DNA of 124,000 bases from contig NW_008806277.1 of assembly GCF_000400465.1 (NCBI RefSeq), positions 20,001 to 144,000 on the forward strand, given 5' to 3'. Below, in pieces: positions 61,389 to 76,537 of the stretch. Below the pieces are notes generated by a model, which searched no databases, was not told where the DNA came from, and worked only from the letters and a program-made list of their open reading frames with translations. The translations under genes and the position numbers were made by a program. Origin of the DNA: Wallemia ichthyophaga EXF-994. Its lineage: Eukaryota > Fungi > Basidiomycota. The stretch's first letter is position 1, and every line of letters begins with the position of its first letter.

Positions 61389-64300
61389 ATGTATTGGCGA
61401 TTAGGATTCGGGGTTAATAAAGAGATTGATCAGATACTCGATAACCATAACGTCGAGCTTGAAGAGATCCTACAAGAAGATTCCGTCGTACACGAATCTA
61501 AATCTCATAATTACAGACTGATAGAGTATTTGACACTGCCGCATAACCTCAGAAAGCTTCTAAGCTACTCTATTGGCAAGGCAACAGTTGATGACGACAG
61601 GAATAAGCTGAGGTGGGTCTTTTAATACTTTAAACTCTTCAATCATCTCAATTCACCTCATTCATTTAAGATTCCCGTACGTGGCCACCGAGATATTGTC
61701 CAGTGATATTCCTGCGATACACAATACTCTACTAGAGCCTTCAAATCGCAACGAGTACATACAGCCATTCTGGGATTTTATTATCAACAAGTCCACCCAA
61801 GAGTTGAATGATTTAAACCCCTTTGTCGGCTATTGGGGAAAAATATTGGCAAAATTGTTAGACACTAAGTCAGATCAAGTGGTTGAATTCCTCAAAGCTC
61901 AACCATCTCCTATAGATTCGTTCCTCAAACACATTGAAACTCCCGTTATCGGTGATTTACTATTTAGATTAATTGTCTCTGATCACCATAACTCATCTCT
62001 CATTGAGTTTTTCACTCAATCAGATTTCATACCAAAATTATCAAATATTCTCTCTTCAGAATACTCAAAAGATGCTCATTTAGCTGTTTCTGACTTGATG
62101 AAAACTGTCATCACATTCTCTGCACCTTCTCCGCCTGCAGCCAATGGTGATAATCAAATTTATATTTCAAACAACTTGGCAAGACAGCTTGCAAGTGATG
62201 ACCTGGTTAATAAGCTTATCAATTTTATCCTAGATGACGTTCCAGTTGGCAACAAAGTCGATAGCGGCGACATATCCACAAATCACCTTCCTGATTCTAT
62301 TAATGACTCGAGTAATGAACCCAATAATGAGAAACTTGCATCAGTTACTTCTTCACTCATCTCCATCTTATCCATTTATATAGAACTCATTAGAAAAAAC
62401 AATGCTGATTTCAGCGAACCGCATTTATTCCACACACTTAGAAACAAACTCATTACCATACAACAATCTCAGCATCAAGAGTCTATCAACAGCCTCAACG
62501 AAGATGATACTAGTAGCGTGAGTAACATGAGTAACCTCAACGACGAACAGTTGTCTAAAAAGGAAGAAGAAAAGGAACAGTCTGACAAAGACACATTAGA
62601 GGAAGCAATGAATCAAATGTCTCAATCTATCGGTATAGTACATTTAGGCTCGATATTGAAGGCTTTCACGAATAGATTGTCAGACTTTCAGAGCCTGCTC
62701 AATCATCCGCGCAGCTACAAAGGCATGATCATGTCTTCAACTGGCCCTATCAAGCCTCTAACATTTGAGAGGTTCAGGATATGTGAACTTTATGCTGAGT
62801 TGCTCCATTGTTCGAATATGGCCATCTTCAATAGACCAGCGTTTAACGGTCCACACTATGACGGCTACGGGAGGCTGATTGGTGGACTGGAAGCATTAAC
62901 ACAGCTATCGCGAGCACTGTCAGATAGCGAGGAAACGGACGAAAATGAGGAAATGGAAGAGATACCCGTAGACGCACCTCATTCAGACTCCACTCATTCG
63001 GACTCTACACATCCACACACACCCCATACAGCAGAACGCTCTGAGAATACTCAACAACTACCACAATCAACGTCTAGTTTGTCCATACCTCACGCTCACA
63101 CTGACGATAACCAATCGACGCAACTCACTACAGGGGAGAGTCTTAAGAAAGCGTTGATAAACAACGGAATTCTTAAAACGCTCACAGACCTCTTTTTCGA
63201 GTACGCTAGCAATCCATTTCTGCACAACGTAGTCTACGACGTGATACTGCAGGTGCTGAATGCACCGTTGGAGCGTGGACTAAATATGGAAGTCGCAGTG
63301 TCTCTTTTTAACGATGCTCGCCTAATAGAGAAACTGTTGATTGGGCATGGCAAGGTGAAGGAGAGCGTTGAGAGGAAGACACCGACACCCGGCTACTCAG
63401 GACATGTGATGCTCATAGCGGATGAATGTCAGAAAGTGTTTGAAAAACACGACACGCTCTATGAACGCATCAAGACGTCCTTCCCACAAGACGAATGGGA
63501 CGCGTTTGTGCAAGGACCACTAAGAACTGTACAGAATCTGGAGAAGGAGCCGTTAGGAGGTATACGTCCGGATACTAACCCATTTGGTCAGTATGGTAAG
63601 GTTGAAGGAGACCAGGACGACAGTGATAGTGATGATGATATCGGTTTCATGAGTGCTGGATTCGGAAGCAGCTATCGAAGCCTGAGTGGACAGTCGCATG
63701 CCAATATCAATTTCGACGAGGATGACGATGACGATGACTCTTTCTTCAGCTCGTTTAGCTTCAAAGGTGCGCATCCGCAGTCGCAGTCGCAGTCGCAGTC
63801 GCAATCGCTGGATGAGGATGATATGAATGAAGTGGCTGGTGGAGGTGCACAAGTGAGTTCTTTACTTTTTTTTTGCTAAACAAAGATTGCTAAGCTTGGT
63901 ATAGCTCAGCAACTTTATGAACACAGATGACGATGAGTTTGGTGATTTCACCCAGGGCGGTATGGATGACGTCGATCCGTTCGGTATGCCGCACTGCAGC
64001 AGCTCTGGTAATCCATTCGGCGACAATTTTGCGCCTGCAGCTACACAAAACCTTACACCAGCAGACTGGTCGCGGGACTTTAAGGAGAGTGTAGACAGCG
64101 AAGGAGAAGGAGCTGCAGACATAGTCAGCACTATCACTATCCCTGATTTCGACGACGACGAACACACGGAACACTCAGAACACATGGAGGAAATGGATCA
64201 CCCAGAGCACTCGCAACACACTCAGAACATCAATGATGCCATTAAAGGTCTTAAGATAGGCAAAGTAGTTGATGAGCGCGAGGCGTCGTCGCAAGCTGAC

Positions 64301-64450
64301 CTCGACACTGGGGCGCCTCTAGGACCTGGCTCTAACGCGGCGGCGGAAGTGACGGACGAGTGTGTCAAGCGCGAAGTGGACGGCGTCGTAGTTGAGGCGC
64401 CGAAAGACGACATGGTGCTGATAGCCGAGGACAGTGCAAAGACGGAATGA
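61389..64450 (+). CDS. SIT4 phosphatase-associated protein (SAPS family)
   Basis: MYWRLGF, LTFERFRICELYAELLHCSN, NPFLHNVVYD, GYSGHVMLIA. Confidence 0.92.
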
Positions 64451-64520
64451 GACGGGAGTATTGTAATATAAAATGTATACAAGATTCTGTGATAATCGGT
64501 AGTTGCCTTGACTAACAACC

Positions 64521-65360
64521 ATGACTTCAATATTTAAAGGCGCGACCCGGAGCAGCAACTCTGCGAATTCTATTAAGTCTATCAACTCGCTTCCACGCGC
64601 ACTTACCACCATCCCCACCAACACACCACGCCAGCGGCGCACAATCACCACATCTGCATTCATACTAGGCACGTCATGCGCACTAATCGGAGGATATGCG
64701 ATGGGTGCGCTGCGACCGCCGCACGCTCTCGCAATGCTCTACCCCGCACCTGCTCCTGGGCCGCCGTCGCCGCTGAGCGATGCTGGCCAATCGCACACGC
64801 TAGCGCTAGAAAAGGAGATACACCAACTGGCGCATGTTCAGGCCTTGAAGAGCGATAGTGATTGGTATGAGTCCCGTCCCTATGCAGCGATGGAGCAGAA
64901 CCGGGTAATAAACACACTCACAGCCGGCGCTCTCCGTTCACCGGGCCGGTTGGCTATAGCGCCGCTGGTACACGCACGTCACGATGACAGCGAGGCTGTG
65001 GTCACCCTCCATGTCGGCCGCGGGGTCTGCGGGCATGACGGTATCGTGCATGGCGGCCTAATCGCAACGCTGTTCGACGAAAGCCTCGCAAGAACTGCCC
65101 TTCTCTCGCTGCCGGGCAAGACTGGCGTAACTGCTACCCTCAATATCAGCTATAGAGTGCCCGTCAAGGCGGACCAGTTCGTCGTTATTAGGAGCACGCT
65201 CGAAAAGAGGGACGGCAGGAAGGCTTTTGTTAAGGCTGAGCTCTCGGATTTGTCAGGAAAGGCGCACGCTCAGGCTAATGCCCTCTTCATCGAGCCTAGG
65301 TGGTCCTTCTTGGCGGATAAAAAGAATATCAGGAAAGCGTTAGGCACAGAGAAGGCCTAG
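64521..65360 (+). CDS. Mitochondrial hot-dog thioesterase (PaaI/THEM4-like)
   Basis: VCGHDGIVHGGLIATLFDE, TATLNISYR. Confidence 0.9.
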   Translation: MTSIFKGATRSSNSANSIKSINSLPRALTTIPTNTPRQRRTITTSAFILGTSCALIGGYAMGALRPPHALAMLYPAPAPGPPSPLSDAGQSHTLALEKEIHQLAHVQALKSDSDWYESRPYAAMEQNRVINTLTAGALRSPGRLAIAPLVHARHDDSEAVVTLHVGRGVCGHDGIVHGGLIATLFDESLARTALLSLPGKTGVTATLNISYRVPVKADQFVVIRSTLEKRDGRKAFVKAELSDLSGKAHAQANALFIEPRWSFLADKKNIRKALGTEKA

Positions 65361-65725
65361 ATTAGTGTAGTTTTGGATTAGATTACGTGTTGCTCTTTTT
65401 TTTTGTTCATGCTTGCATATGTTGATGCTGATACTGGGCTGTATGCCTTTGATGTATGTATGCGTGCCTTTGATGTTTGGCTAGCTGTAGCGCTTCTTGC
65501 AGATTCTTTGAGCCATCATCAACCATCTTCTTTTTCGATTCTTGCAAATGACGAAGGTCTCAGAATTCAATGATATATATTAACGCCAACACAATAGAGA
65601 AAAGGAGCTCTTTTGATAAGTAAAACAAATCAAAGCTAGCACTTGAGCTTCCAGAAGAGTGAAAATATTCACGTGTGTATAAACCTTAATTGAAACATAT
65701 CTTTCACAGCTGCAACGACGATTCA

Positions 65726-66600
65726 ATGAATCTTCAATATCTACCACACGACATTATTGTTGAGATACTCAGCCACCTCAAAGAAGACGAGCATTATACG
65801 TTGCGATCGCTTTGCAGTGGTTTCCACAAGGCATTTCCATCGTCGGAAGAGCTGCTTCTCATAGAGCCAGCCTCCATGACCTGCTAGGACTCCCTCGACA
65901 ATACACGTCAAAATTTCCATAACAAAGTATCGAATGTAAAAGCGGAAAACTTCATTAGCTTGTTAAACAACGTCATTGAGAATCCATCTATCGAATATAA
66001 TAATGTATGTTACCTGAATTGATATAACAACCTTCACTGATAATTATACTAGATCTGCAACTATCAATTTCAACTTACACGAGAATGGTCCTTACAAGAA
66101 AATAGTGAAACTTTTGTCTCTACTTCCAAATTTGTGCAGACTCAAGATGATAACCGCAAAAATGTCGCTGAAAGCTCTGGATTTTCCACTTTGCTTCCAA
66201 AAATTGGAATTGATCTACATTTGGAATCCAGTCATGATGTCAAGTTGGGGGAATCTCCTTCCCAACTCTGAAATGGATTTGCTACGATGATAGGAAATTA
66301 AAAGTAGATAGTTTGAACATAACAGAGCTGGAACAGAGACTAGCAGTCACTTACAAGAATTCCTTACGGTTTCCTAATCGGTCTCTTAATCAAGAAGCTC
66401 GACCAATGCATGATGATTATAAAGCTAACTACTAGTTCCATATGTCCATTTTATCACACATGCTGATTATACCAAAGGACTTTTGCTGCATTCTGATCAT
66501 GGTGATAGTCCTATCAACTTGTAAAGCAACCGTTGCATATCTTTAGTAAATTAATTGTAATCCCAATAATCTTAAAACAAAAACTAAACATATGAAAAAT
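65726..66600 (+). pseudogene. Degenerate F-box(-LRR) gene
   Basis: LQYLPHDIIVEILSHL F-box start, then TAG at 65885; downstream LRR-like fragment (LLSLLPNLCRLKM) not joinable in frame. Confidence 0.5.
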
Positions 66601-66607
66601 GAACTAG

Positions 66608-68671
66608 TCAGCTCCACGGATTTAGCTCTCTGTAGTCATATAAAACACTATTGAGTGGTGTTTGAGTGGATGTAGATATCGTACTGTTATCATCTTGGTC
66701 ATCTTCATCGTCAATTTCGTATCTATTTTGATATGAATGGCTGTGGCCTGGTATATCCTCCTGCTCATGTTCATTATGCTCCTGATCCTGCTCATTATGG
66801 ACATTATGGACATTGGAGAGACTCTTACGCGTCTGCACGCTCTCCTTAGGCCGCTGGAGGTGAGCGGAAGCTGATGACGCCGACTTGGGCGAGAGGAGTC
66901 GACTAGCCGCGCTCCTTTTGTTTGCGAGAACCTGATCTTCCATATCACGTCTCAAACGCATCTCCTCCTCCCGCGATACGTCTATATGGGGGTAATTGTA
67001 GTCACCGTATGCTGTAGCGTAGTAAGTGTGAGTGTAAGAAATAGCGTCTAAAGACCATCTCCACTCACGCAGTCGCTTCGCCTCAGAATACAATTTATCC
67101 TCTTCAGCTGAAGTTTCTCCGAAACTACACGTCGAGAGGTCGTCGACTGGGCGCTTGCGTCTGCTCGCACTTAAGTTTGCGTTTGCATTTGCAGCTGGCG
67201 AGGAGGTATTGATAGAATTATAGCTGCTGTAGTGGTCGTTAGTCAACCCACTCACTCCTGCTCTATCGCCATCGCCATCGCCATTGCGCACACCGCCGAC
67301 CCAGTATTTCCGAGCACCGCCGCTGGCATAACGCAAACCAGCACCGAGGCGAGTATTGATGGCTCTGCCCTGATGAATCTTGTTCGCTGCGACAGGCTCG
67401 AACTGTCTATAGTCGAACCCGTCGCCCTTGAGCGTCTGGAGGGAATCGATGAAGACATCCTTCATAGCGAACGAGTCCCTGAATGCATATGCCAGCGGGA
67501 GTCGTGAGGAGAGATAAGCGGATTTTGACACATAGTCGCCGCTTGAGAAGGCGAATAGGTGGAGTATTGCGAACAGAGGCATTTCGAAACAGATGAGCAT
67601 ATCACCAATAGCTAGAGAGATATGCTCGTTATCTGTGTATGGTCCGACTAGTTACGCTCGCGTTAGCAAGTTGAGCGTGACAAAAGGAAAAAAAAAAAAC
67701 GCACGTCTCGGAATCGCCCCCACCGCCACAAGGAAGGACACAAGAAGACCTTGCCAAAAAGTGGCAAAAAGAATTCCCTTCACGCATATGAACTTGGGAA
67801 TGGGTCTGAAGCCGCGCAGGTCGTCGTGTACCGTCACCCAGAACATGGCGAGACAGTAGAGTGCAGTACAAATACTGACATTGTATATGAGCTGGACATA
67901 GGTATAACCGGCATTCCAGGCTATGTTTCCGTCATCGTACTTGTCTGTAAGCTTGAGGATGAGGGTAAGGATAGCGAGCAGAGGTTTCACCCAGGCGTAT
68001 TGGAGAATGCCTCTTTTGAGGAAGAGGAAGCTGTGTGCTTACGTGTGGGTGAGCAAAGAGATTTACGAAGCCAAGAAACCTACGATCAGAGACGTCCATT
68101 GAGTCCTGGAAGAAGGTGACCGGGAAAAGGTGCTTGGTGGGCTTGCGGCCGAGGAGAGAAATGATAAGCTGACGTTCACCGCCGCTGAGATGAGTCAGCG
68201 GACAATATTATTCAAAAGCGTCTACTTGCAGGTATTCAACCTGGTATCGGCGTCAGGCGTTAGACGTCATTGTTATCGGTGGAGTGAAACGGGTAAACTT
68301 ACGAGAAGATTAAAGAAACAGTAAATAACGAAAGCCTGTTATAATTAAATATAAACATGTAATCCCAATGTGCCCGACGCACCTCATAAAGATCCCTACC
68401 GACATCGATCCAATACGCAGCATCGAGCGAGAAGAGTGAAATTAGGGACGCGAGAGCGTAAACGGGCAGCCTTAAGAGGAGTGAGATGGGCATGCAACTA
68501 GCGCCACACGCACATGACCAATATCCTCACTGTAAATCTCTGCAGCAGCGGCATACGGTAATTGAGTAAATGCGTCTTAATACCAGCCAGGCTGATAATC
68601 GTGGCGAGCAGTGCAGAAAGCGTACACAGTACAAGGAGCACAGTGGGCAGTTGACTGCCAGATCCTGCCAT
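66608..68671 (-). CDS. TMEM184/OSTalpha (DUF300) transporter (multi-exon)
   Basis: NYRMPLLQRFTVRIL, CTALYCLAMFW, KFICVKGILFATFWQG, ICFEMPLFAILH. Confidence 0.92.
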
Positions 68672-68758
68672 TCTAATCTCTATCTTCACGCTGATGACGG
68701 TATGAAACAAACAAGAAGGAAGAAAAATCAAATTATGTGTATGATACGCACAATCACG

Positions 68759-70073
<1,315 letters not shown>

Positions 70074-70161
70074 TGGTGGTGGTGGTGTAAGCGCAACTGA
70101 ATCTTAAATTTTTATAACTAATATCAGCAATAAATACGAGTTTACAATACATGCAGCCATT

Positions 70162-73100
70162 TCATCCAAATGTCTGCGTCCCGCGCTGGGTCCTGAGTGT
70201 TTTACTAGAGTTTGTTAGCGTGAGCGAATGGAAACGGCAACAAATTGACACACCTAATTCTCCAATCATCCTTGCCCTCAAATTTGTTGTAAAGCGGTTC
70301 TACCTTCTCCTCCCTTTTTCGTTTACTAATCTTATTAGAATCTGCAGTCTTGAAGAACGTAGGCGCGACCTCAGTGAGCCACTTGGGCTCTATCGTGATT
70401 ATCTCCCGCATATACTCCCTGCTAGTAAGAACGAGCTCGTGATATATAACCCACTCCGGGCTTCTGTTAAACAGCGAGCTAGATGGGTGTATAGCGACTG
70501 GTGTCCCTTCCACAAGAGTCTTATATCCCTCCGTAGGATCCTTCTTGGCAGCGTGTCTAAAGAAACCGGCTGTGATCGCTCTGCGCACCCTGTTGTAATT
70601 CTTTCCACAGCTAATCACCTCGTGATGGTATCTGTCCATGATCGCTACAAGCTGCTTGCGAACGTCTGCGGCACGCTTTATCGTTCGCGCCTGTATAAAG
70701 TTCTCGAAACACCATGGATTACTAAACCGACTCGCTTCCCATCCGTTGTACACGGCAAGCAGTGTGAGGTGGTCGCCTTCGGGTTGATGGAATTTCGCTT
70801 TCTTCGCGTCGGCTTGTTGTTGCTTTTCTTTCGGACGGTAAAACACATTTTGAGCTTCGAGCATCGCAACGATAGTTAGTATTTCTTTGCTGCATTCCAA
70901 GTCTACACTCGCGATCAACATCTTAGCTCGACTAGGATCCATTGGGAAATCAGCCATTTTGCGACCGAGGCGAGTAAGCAATCCTTCGTCATCTAGAGCC
71001 GATAGCGCATAGAGATTTTCTAGAGCTGTTATCATAGTCTGTGCTGGTGGTGGATCCATGAAATCGAACCCAAGGAGATCGTTAATACCCATTGCCTTGA
71101 GTTGGAGAATAGTATGGGATAAGTTCTGACGTTGAATATCGGGCACAGTGTTAGGAAGCATCTCATTCCTAAATGCCGCCTCTGTGTATAGTCTGTAACA
71201 TTTTCCTGGTCCAGTACGACCTGCTCTACCCGCTCTCTGCCTAGCCTGGGCCTGTGAGATGGGTGTAACGACCAGACTGTCCATACCGAGACGAGGATCG
71301 TAAGCATTCTGCTTGACGAAACCAGGATCAACGACGTAGTAGATACCGTCTATTGTGATAGATGTCTCTGCAATGTTGGTAGCAATGACAACCTTACGTG
71401 CGCCTGGAGGAGCCGGTTCGAAAATTCTGCTTTGCATCTCGGAAGGCAACGATGAATACACCGGGAGAATAATAAGCTCGGGGACTTGATTACCTAGCGC
71501 TTTCATACGTTCGTATAAGATTTCAGCAGCTGTATCGATTTCTTCTTGACCAGTAAGGAATAAAAGTATGTCTCCAGGTGGTTCAGACAGATGGATCTGC
71601 ATCACCGTAATTAACGAGGCTTCCATGTAGTCAGATTCAGGTTCCTTAGTGTACATGATCTCGTAGGGGAATGTACGACCTGGAATAGTGAAGATAGGGC
71701 ACCCATTGAAGTATGTAGAGAACTTTTCGGCATCGAGTGTTGCAGATGTGACGATAAATTTGAGATCAGGACGGCGTTTCATTGTTTCTGTATCTTGTTA
71801 GGTAATTTATTAAGAAGATAAAAATACTCACTCTTGAGCAAACCGAACAGGACATCGGTGGCGATAGTGCGTTCGTGAGCTTCGTCGAGAATAATGACAG
71901 AATAATTTCTCATATCAGGATCGACAAGACACTCCCTCTGGAGCATACCATCAGTCATGTACTTGATTCGCGTCTCAGGACCAGTGCAATCTTCGAATCT
72001 GATAGTGTAGCCGACTTCTTGACCAAGACGACAACCAACTTCCTCCGCTACTCTCTTACTAACGCTCATTGCAGCTACACGTCTTGGTTGGGTACAGCCA
72101 ATCTTACCGTACTCAGCGAAGCCTTCTTCTGCAAGATACTGAGTCATTTGGGTGGTCTTACCTGATCCAGTATCACCAACGACGACGAGTACTTGATTGT
72201 CTCTTACAGCCTGTACCAGCTGCTCCCTCAGCTTATATATTGGCAGCGAAGCTCTCTGTTCTTGGATAGTCTTGTCGGTAATTTTTCCGTATGTAGTTGC
72301 TTTGTTGAACGTTTTGGCCTTCCAGGCAGGTGCGGCAGACGCCTTAACGTTTTGGTCTTGAGCAAATTGCCTATCGCTTGGCTGTGCAAGCGGATCTTGC
72401 CATGCGGATTTGATGTCGTTTTGCTCCGAGTCTTTCTCTTCTTGAGCATCTTGTTGACGAATTTCTCTACGCTCTTTGGCCAAACCAGCGCCTGAGACGG
72501 CGGCTCTGTTCATGGATCCATCTGGAGCCTTGACGATACGCACGGGAGAAAGATCCAAACTAATCTTTGTCTGACCCTTTAAGAAGGAAGGTTCAACGTC
72601 GCGGACTTCGATGTCAACATCTTCGTCTAATTTATTTTGATTGCTACGAATGTTCATAGGGGCATCAAAATCGCGGTCAAGATCTGGGTAATCTGAGGGT
72701 TTTGCGGCGCCAGAAGCGATCAGTTGCTTAATTTCCCAGCGTTCTGGGGAAGTGTAGCGTTTTACGGAACCTCTATAATGATCATCTGGGAAGTGAGCAG
72801 AATGAGTGGAGTGGGTGGAGTGTTTTGAAGATTTAGAAGGTTTTGAAGATCTAGATGAGGATCCTTTACTTGGAGCAAGATGAGGACTGAGGTCATGACC
72901 ATTTGATTGATCAGCGTCTTTTAACGATAAAGACAATCGGTGACCATCAATGGACATGACCTTGACGTAAACGAGCTGATTTCGTCTGAGAAAATCGCGT
73001 GGGTTATTAACTCTACTGTTTGACATTGCGGAAACGTGTACTAAGCCATCAATTCTACTGTTGAAACCGTTTAAGCTGATGAAAGCACCGAAATCTTTGA

Positions 73101-73706
73101 TTGAGTTGACGGTACCTTGGTATATAGAGTAAACTTGAGGAGAAGAGTGGGTAGGAGTCATAGTGGTTGTAGAGGGAGAAGGATCAGGCTGTATTCTAGG
73201 TTTACTAATCTTATCAAAGGAATTGCTATCCGTCCAGTCTTGGTTTGGCTGTGATAAACCTGGGAATACTCTTTGCTGGTCTGGATTTGATTGTGGTTTT
73301 GATTTTGATTTATACTTTGGATGCATGGTAATGATAAGCCTATCGATGGTATTTATCGCAGATTCAGGAAACGAAGCCCCCATTTCATTCAGTTTGCTCT
73401 TGAAAGAGGCCAAGTCTTTCGATTGCTCGTGTATGCTGAGTATGAATTCTGCTAGGACCTGTGGGGGTCGTTAGCGGTGTTTTTGGGAGATCAAGAGAGA
73501 TGGCTGAGTAGAATGGGAGATAATATGTAAGGGATACATCTCCGGGGAGTCCTTTGACGACTCCGTGGACGCCGGAGAGATGAAGGAAAAAGACGAGGCA
73601 GCCACCACAAAAGACCCACCTTATCTTTAATACCAGTATAATTAAACAGCTCTTTTGTAATTTTCTGATTTAGATTTATAATTTCAAGATTTTCTAATTC
73701 GTCCAT
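70162..73706 (-). CDS. PRP22: Pre-mRNA splicing DEAH helicase Prp22/DHX8 (S1 domain)
   Basis: S1 domain, [27 protein letters not shown]. Confidence 0.97.
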
Positions 73707-73744
73707 CTTGATGCAGCTCCTGATGGTTTTGAACAAGAATCGCG

Positions 73745-76264
73745 ATGGCAGAAAGAGTTAAGAATCGCTTAAAACAAAAAACACAAAAGAAGAAGGATTT
73801 TGATTTTTCATTTAACAGCCACAGCCACGGCGACGGCGACGGCGACGACGATCAAGGTGTCAATCACGGTGATGACGCTATTACGCTCCCGAACAAGATT
73901 GAGCATTTGATACACGTAGATGGCCATATGAGTGGTCTCCCGCCTTCCTGGGCCAATCAACTCGCTCAATTGGGCTACTTTGGTGATCTAGATACGCCTG
74001 CTATTAACCAGCATAAGCAGCGGGGGAGCACGCAGCAAAGAGGGCAGCCGAAAAGGCACACAGACCATACACAGCATCCAGGGCGCTCAGGGCACTCAGG
74101 AACCACAGTTCACTCCCGCCAATCCCATCTAAGCATCCCTCAGCTCAACATCGCAGACCAAGACGAGGATTGGTCGAAAGGTGTACTCAAAGCACTCGAG
74201 CGATCTTCACTGGATGACTTCAAAGCAGCTCCTTCCAGACGGTCGTCAGCCGTGAACGTCGAGTCGGGTAAATCCACTCAACTCCACCGCAGGCCAGCCA
74301 CCACAGACACCAACCAACCGCGATACACCGTCCCGCGCTCTTTCGCAGCAGCCCAAGACCAATACCTATCAAACATAGCTATCCGCAAGGAAATAGACGC
74401 CAGCCACGGCATAAACGAGCCACACGCCGCTGATGTTTACGGTGGTATGGAAGAGGAGATTCTCGACTCTCCCCGCGATGTTGATGATGTGGGCGATGTG
74501 GACGTCACTCATTGGGCAATCCCCAACAGCCCCTCTGCCCTCTCTTTCCAACTTTCCCCGCTCCAGATCGATAACCACACCTTTGAGCTGTCTGAAAGCA
74601 CGACAACGCCCCCGCTAATCCCGGCGCACCTGCGCAACTCCGCGAAGCAGGTCGAGACGCGCAAACGTTCGCGATCCTCTCTGATAGCGCTTGATAAGAG
74701 TCGACATGTCTCGACGCTGTCTACACCAGGCTCTGTCGATGGTGATGGTGATGGTGATAACAATATTACAGCGACGTACATGCACGACATGCATGCTGCA
74801 CCCAACCTCGACGACATCGTCCAAGACGATAGCAGCAGTAGTAGTAGTGATGCTATTCATGGGATTGGTGTCATTCCTGGTGATGGCTCTAGACCTAGCC
74901 ATGCTCACAGTCTTAGTGACGATAGTACATTCTCCATCCTCGACGGCGTGCGTGGTGTCGACAATTTCAATGACCCCGACAGTCCTGACAATCATGGTCT
75001 CGGTATCGACGTATATGGTTTGACTAGAGGTGCACAGAGTGAAATAAACACGTTGAGCGCGTTGAACGCGTCGAACGCATCAAGCACATCAAACATTTCG
75101 AGCACTTCAAGCACTTCGACAGCGCGAGTGGGAGCGGAAGAGTCCGTCGCTGATCAACCCATAGCGTTCGATATCCCGCACGCACACCAGTCCAATCTAC
75201 AACTTAATTCGACTGCCACCACTTCCAACTCCAAATCCCCGGCGGATCTATACAAGACATTATCTCAAGACACGGAAGCGGACACAAAATACGCGCTCAC
75301 CCACCTCGTTCCCCTCGCCTCAACAGGCAGCGCCACTGATGCGTACCCACCTGCACAGCGCACGCTGATAGCAACAGGTTTAAGTGGTGATGTGTATGCA
75401 AGTGGGTGCGGAATGCGAGCGCTAAAGGTAGTCCGACGCACCACCGAATCGACACGGCTGCTCAACCTGCAGAACGAGCTATCAATAGTGCGATCAGTGC
75501 CTCACGAAGCCATTTTGCCCATACTGGAACTGTACGTGGGGGAAACGCCTCCACATGCCACGCTCGTCATGCCGCTCATGGCGCGCTCTCTCACTGATAT
75601 CCTTGCTTTGATGGAACACGGGCTAGTGCTGAGTGGAGGTCAAATCGCGCGTGTCGTACAAGATATCCTCTCTGCCCTCGCCGCTCTACATGCCCATCCC
75701 GATCATATCCTCCATCGCGATGTGCGCTCTGACACCATCATGCTGGCGAGCGATGGCAGGAGCGTGCTTACGGATTTCGCTAGCGCCACCCGCTCCCCAG
75801 ATGAGCATGGGTGCTCTGTCGGTGATGTCATATCTGCTCCTTTCTGGCTAGCTCCGGAGTTGTGTGCTGATGGTGGTCGCTATACGCACAAAAGCGATGT
75901 ATGGTCATTAAGTGAGTGCTGAGGACTATTGGAAAGAATCAAAGCATCTTACTCCCTTCTTATAGTCGCAACTACACACGAAATGGTCACCGGATTGCCG
76001 CCATACGCTGAGTATGACGAGTTGGCCTTGTTTCGGAAACTCGCGGGCGGGTTGCCTGATTTGCCCAACGAGGCTTGCAGCTCAGTGAGCGGCTTCATAA
76101 CAAGGAATGCAGTCGTCGATCCAGTCGCTCGGCCGTCGGCGAGGCAATTACTCGATAATGACCCCTTGGTTGGTCATGATAGCCAGGCTAACGTCGCAAA
76201 TAGAGAAGATATTGCCAGCTTATTAGTGCTTGCTAACCAGCTCGAAAGTGAGCCAACCTCATGA
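73745..76264 (+). CDS. Atypical PAK/STE20-like kinase with degenerate CRIB
   Basis: ITLPNKIEHLIHV; HRDVRSDT; DFA; PFWLAPE; DVWSL. Confidence 0.75.
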
Positions 76265-76537
76265 GGTTTTTTGTTTCTTCCTTCTATCTCGGAATTTACA
76301 GATAAATAGTGGCTCTGGACGGGCACGCTTCTTGCACCTCGCTTTTCGCTTTCTCACAACTCATCACATACATTGGAAATACCCCCTCTCACACTTTGTA
76401 ATTGTAAAACAATCTTCGCTTTTGAGACACGTTAATTCATTTCGAAAAATCAGGGATATAAACAGAGTGGCTTGTTCAGATGGCTTTGTTTAATCAAACA
76501 TATCCAAACAGCTCCATCCAGGAGCACAACTGCCACC

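Noticed and set aside
63775-63810. Short tandem repeats (CAGTCG)n and similar units at 22066-22095 and 88515-88595
   Set aside because: Coding low-complexity repeats (QS, NTV, ER); no spacer structure, so not a CRISPR array or mobile repeat
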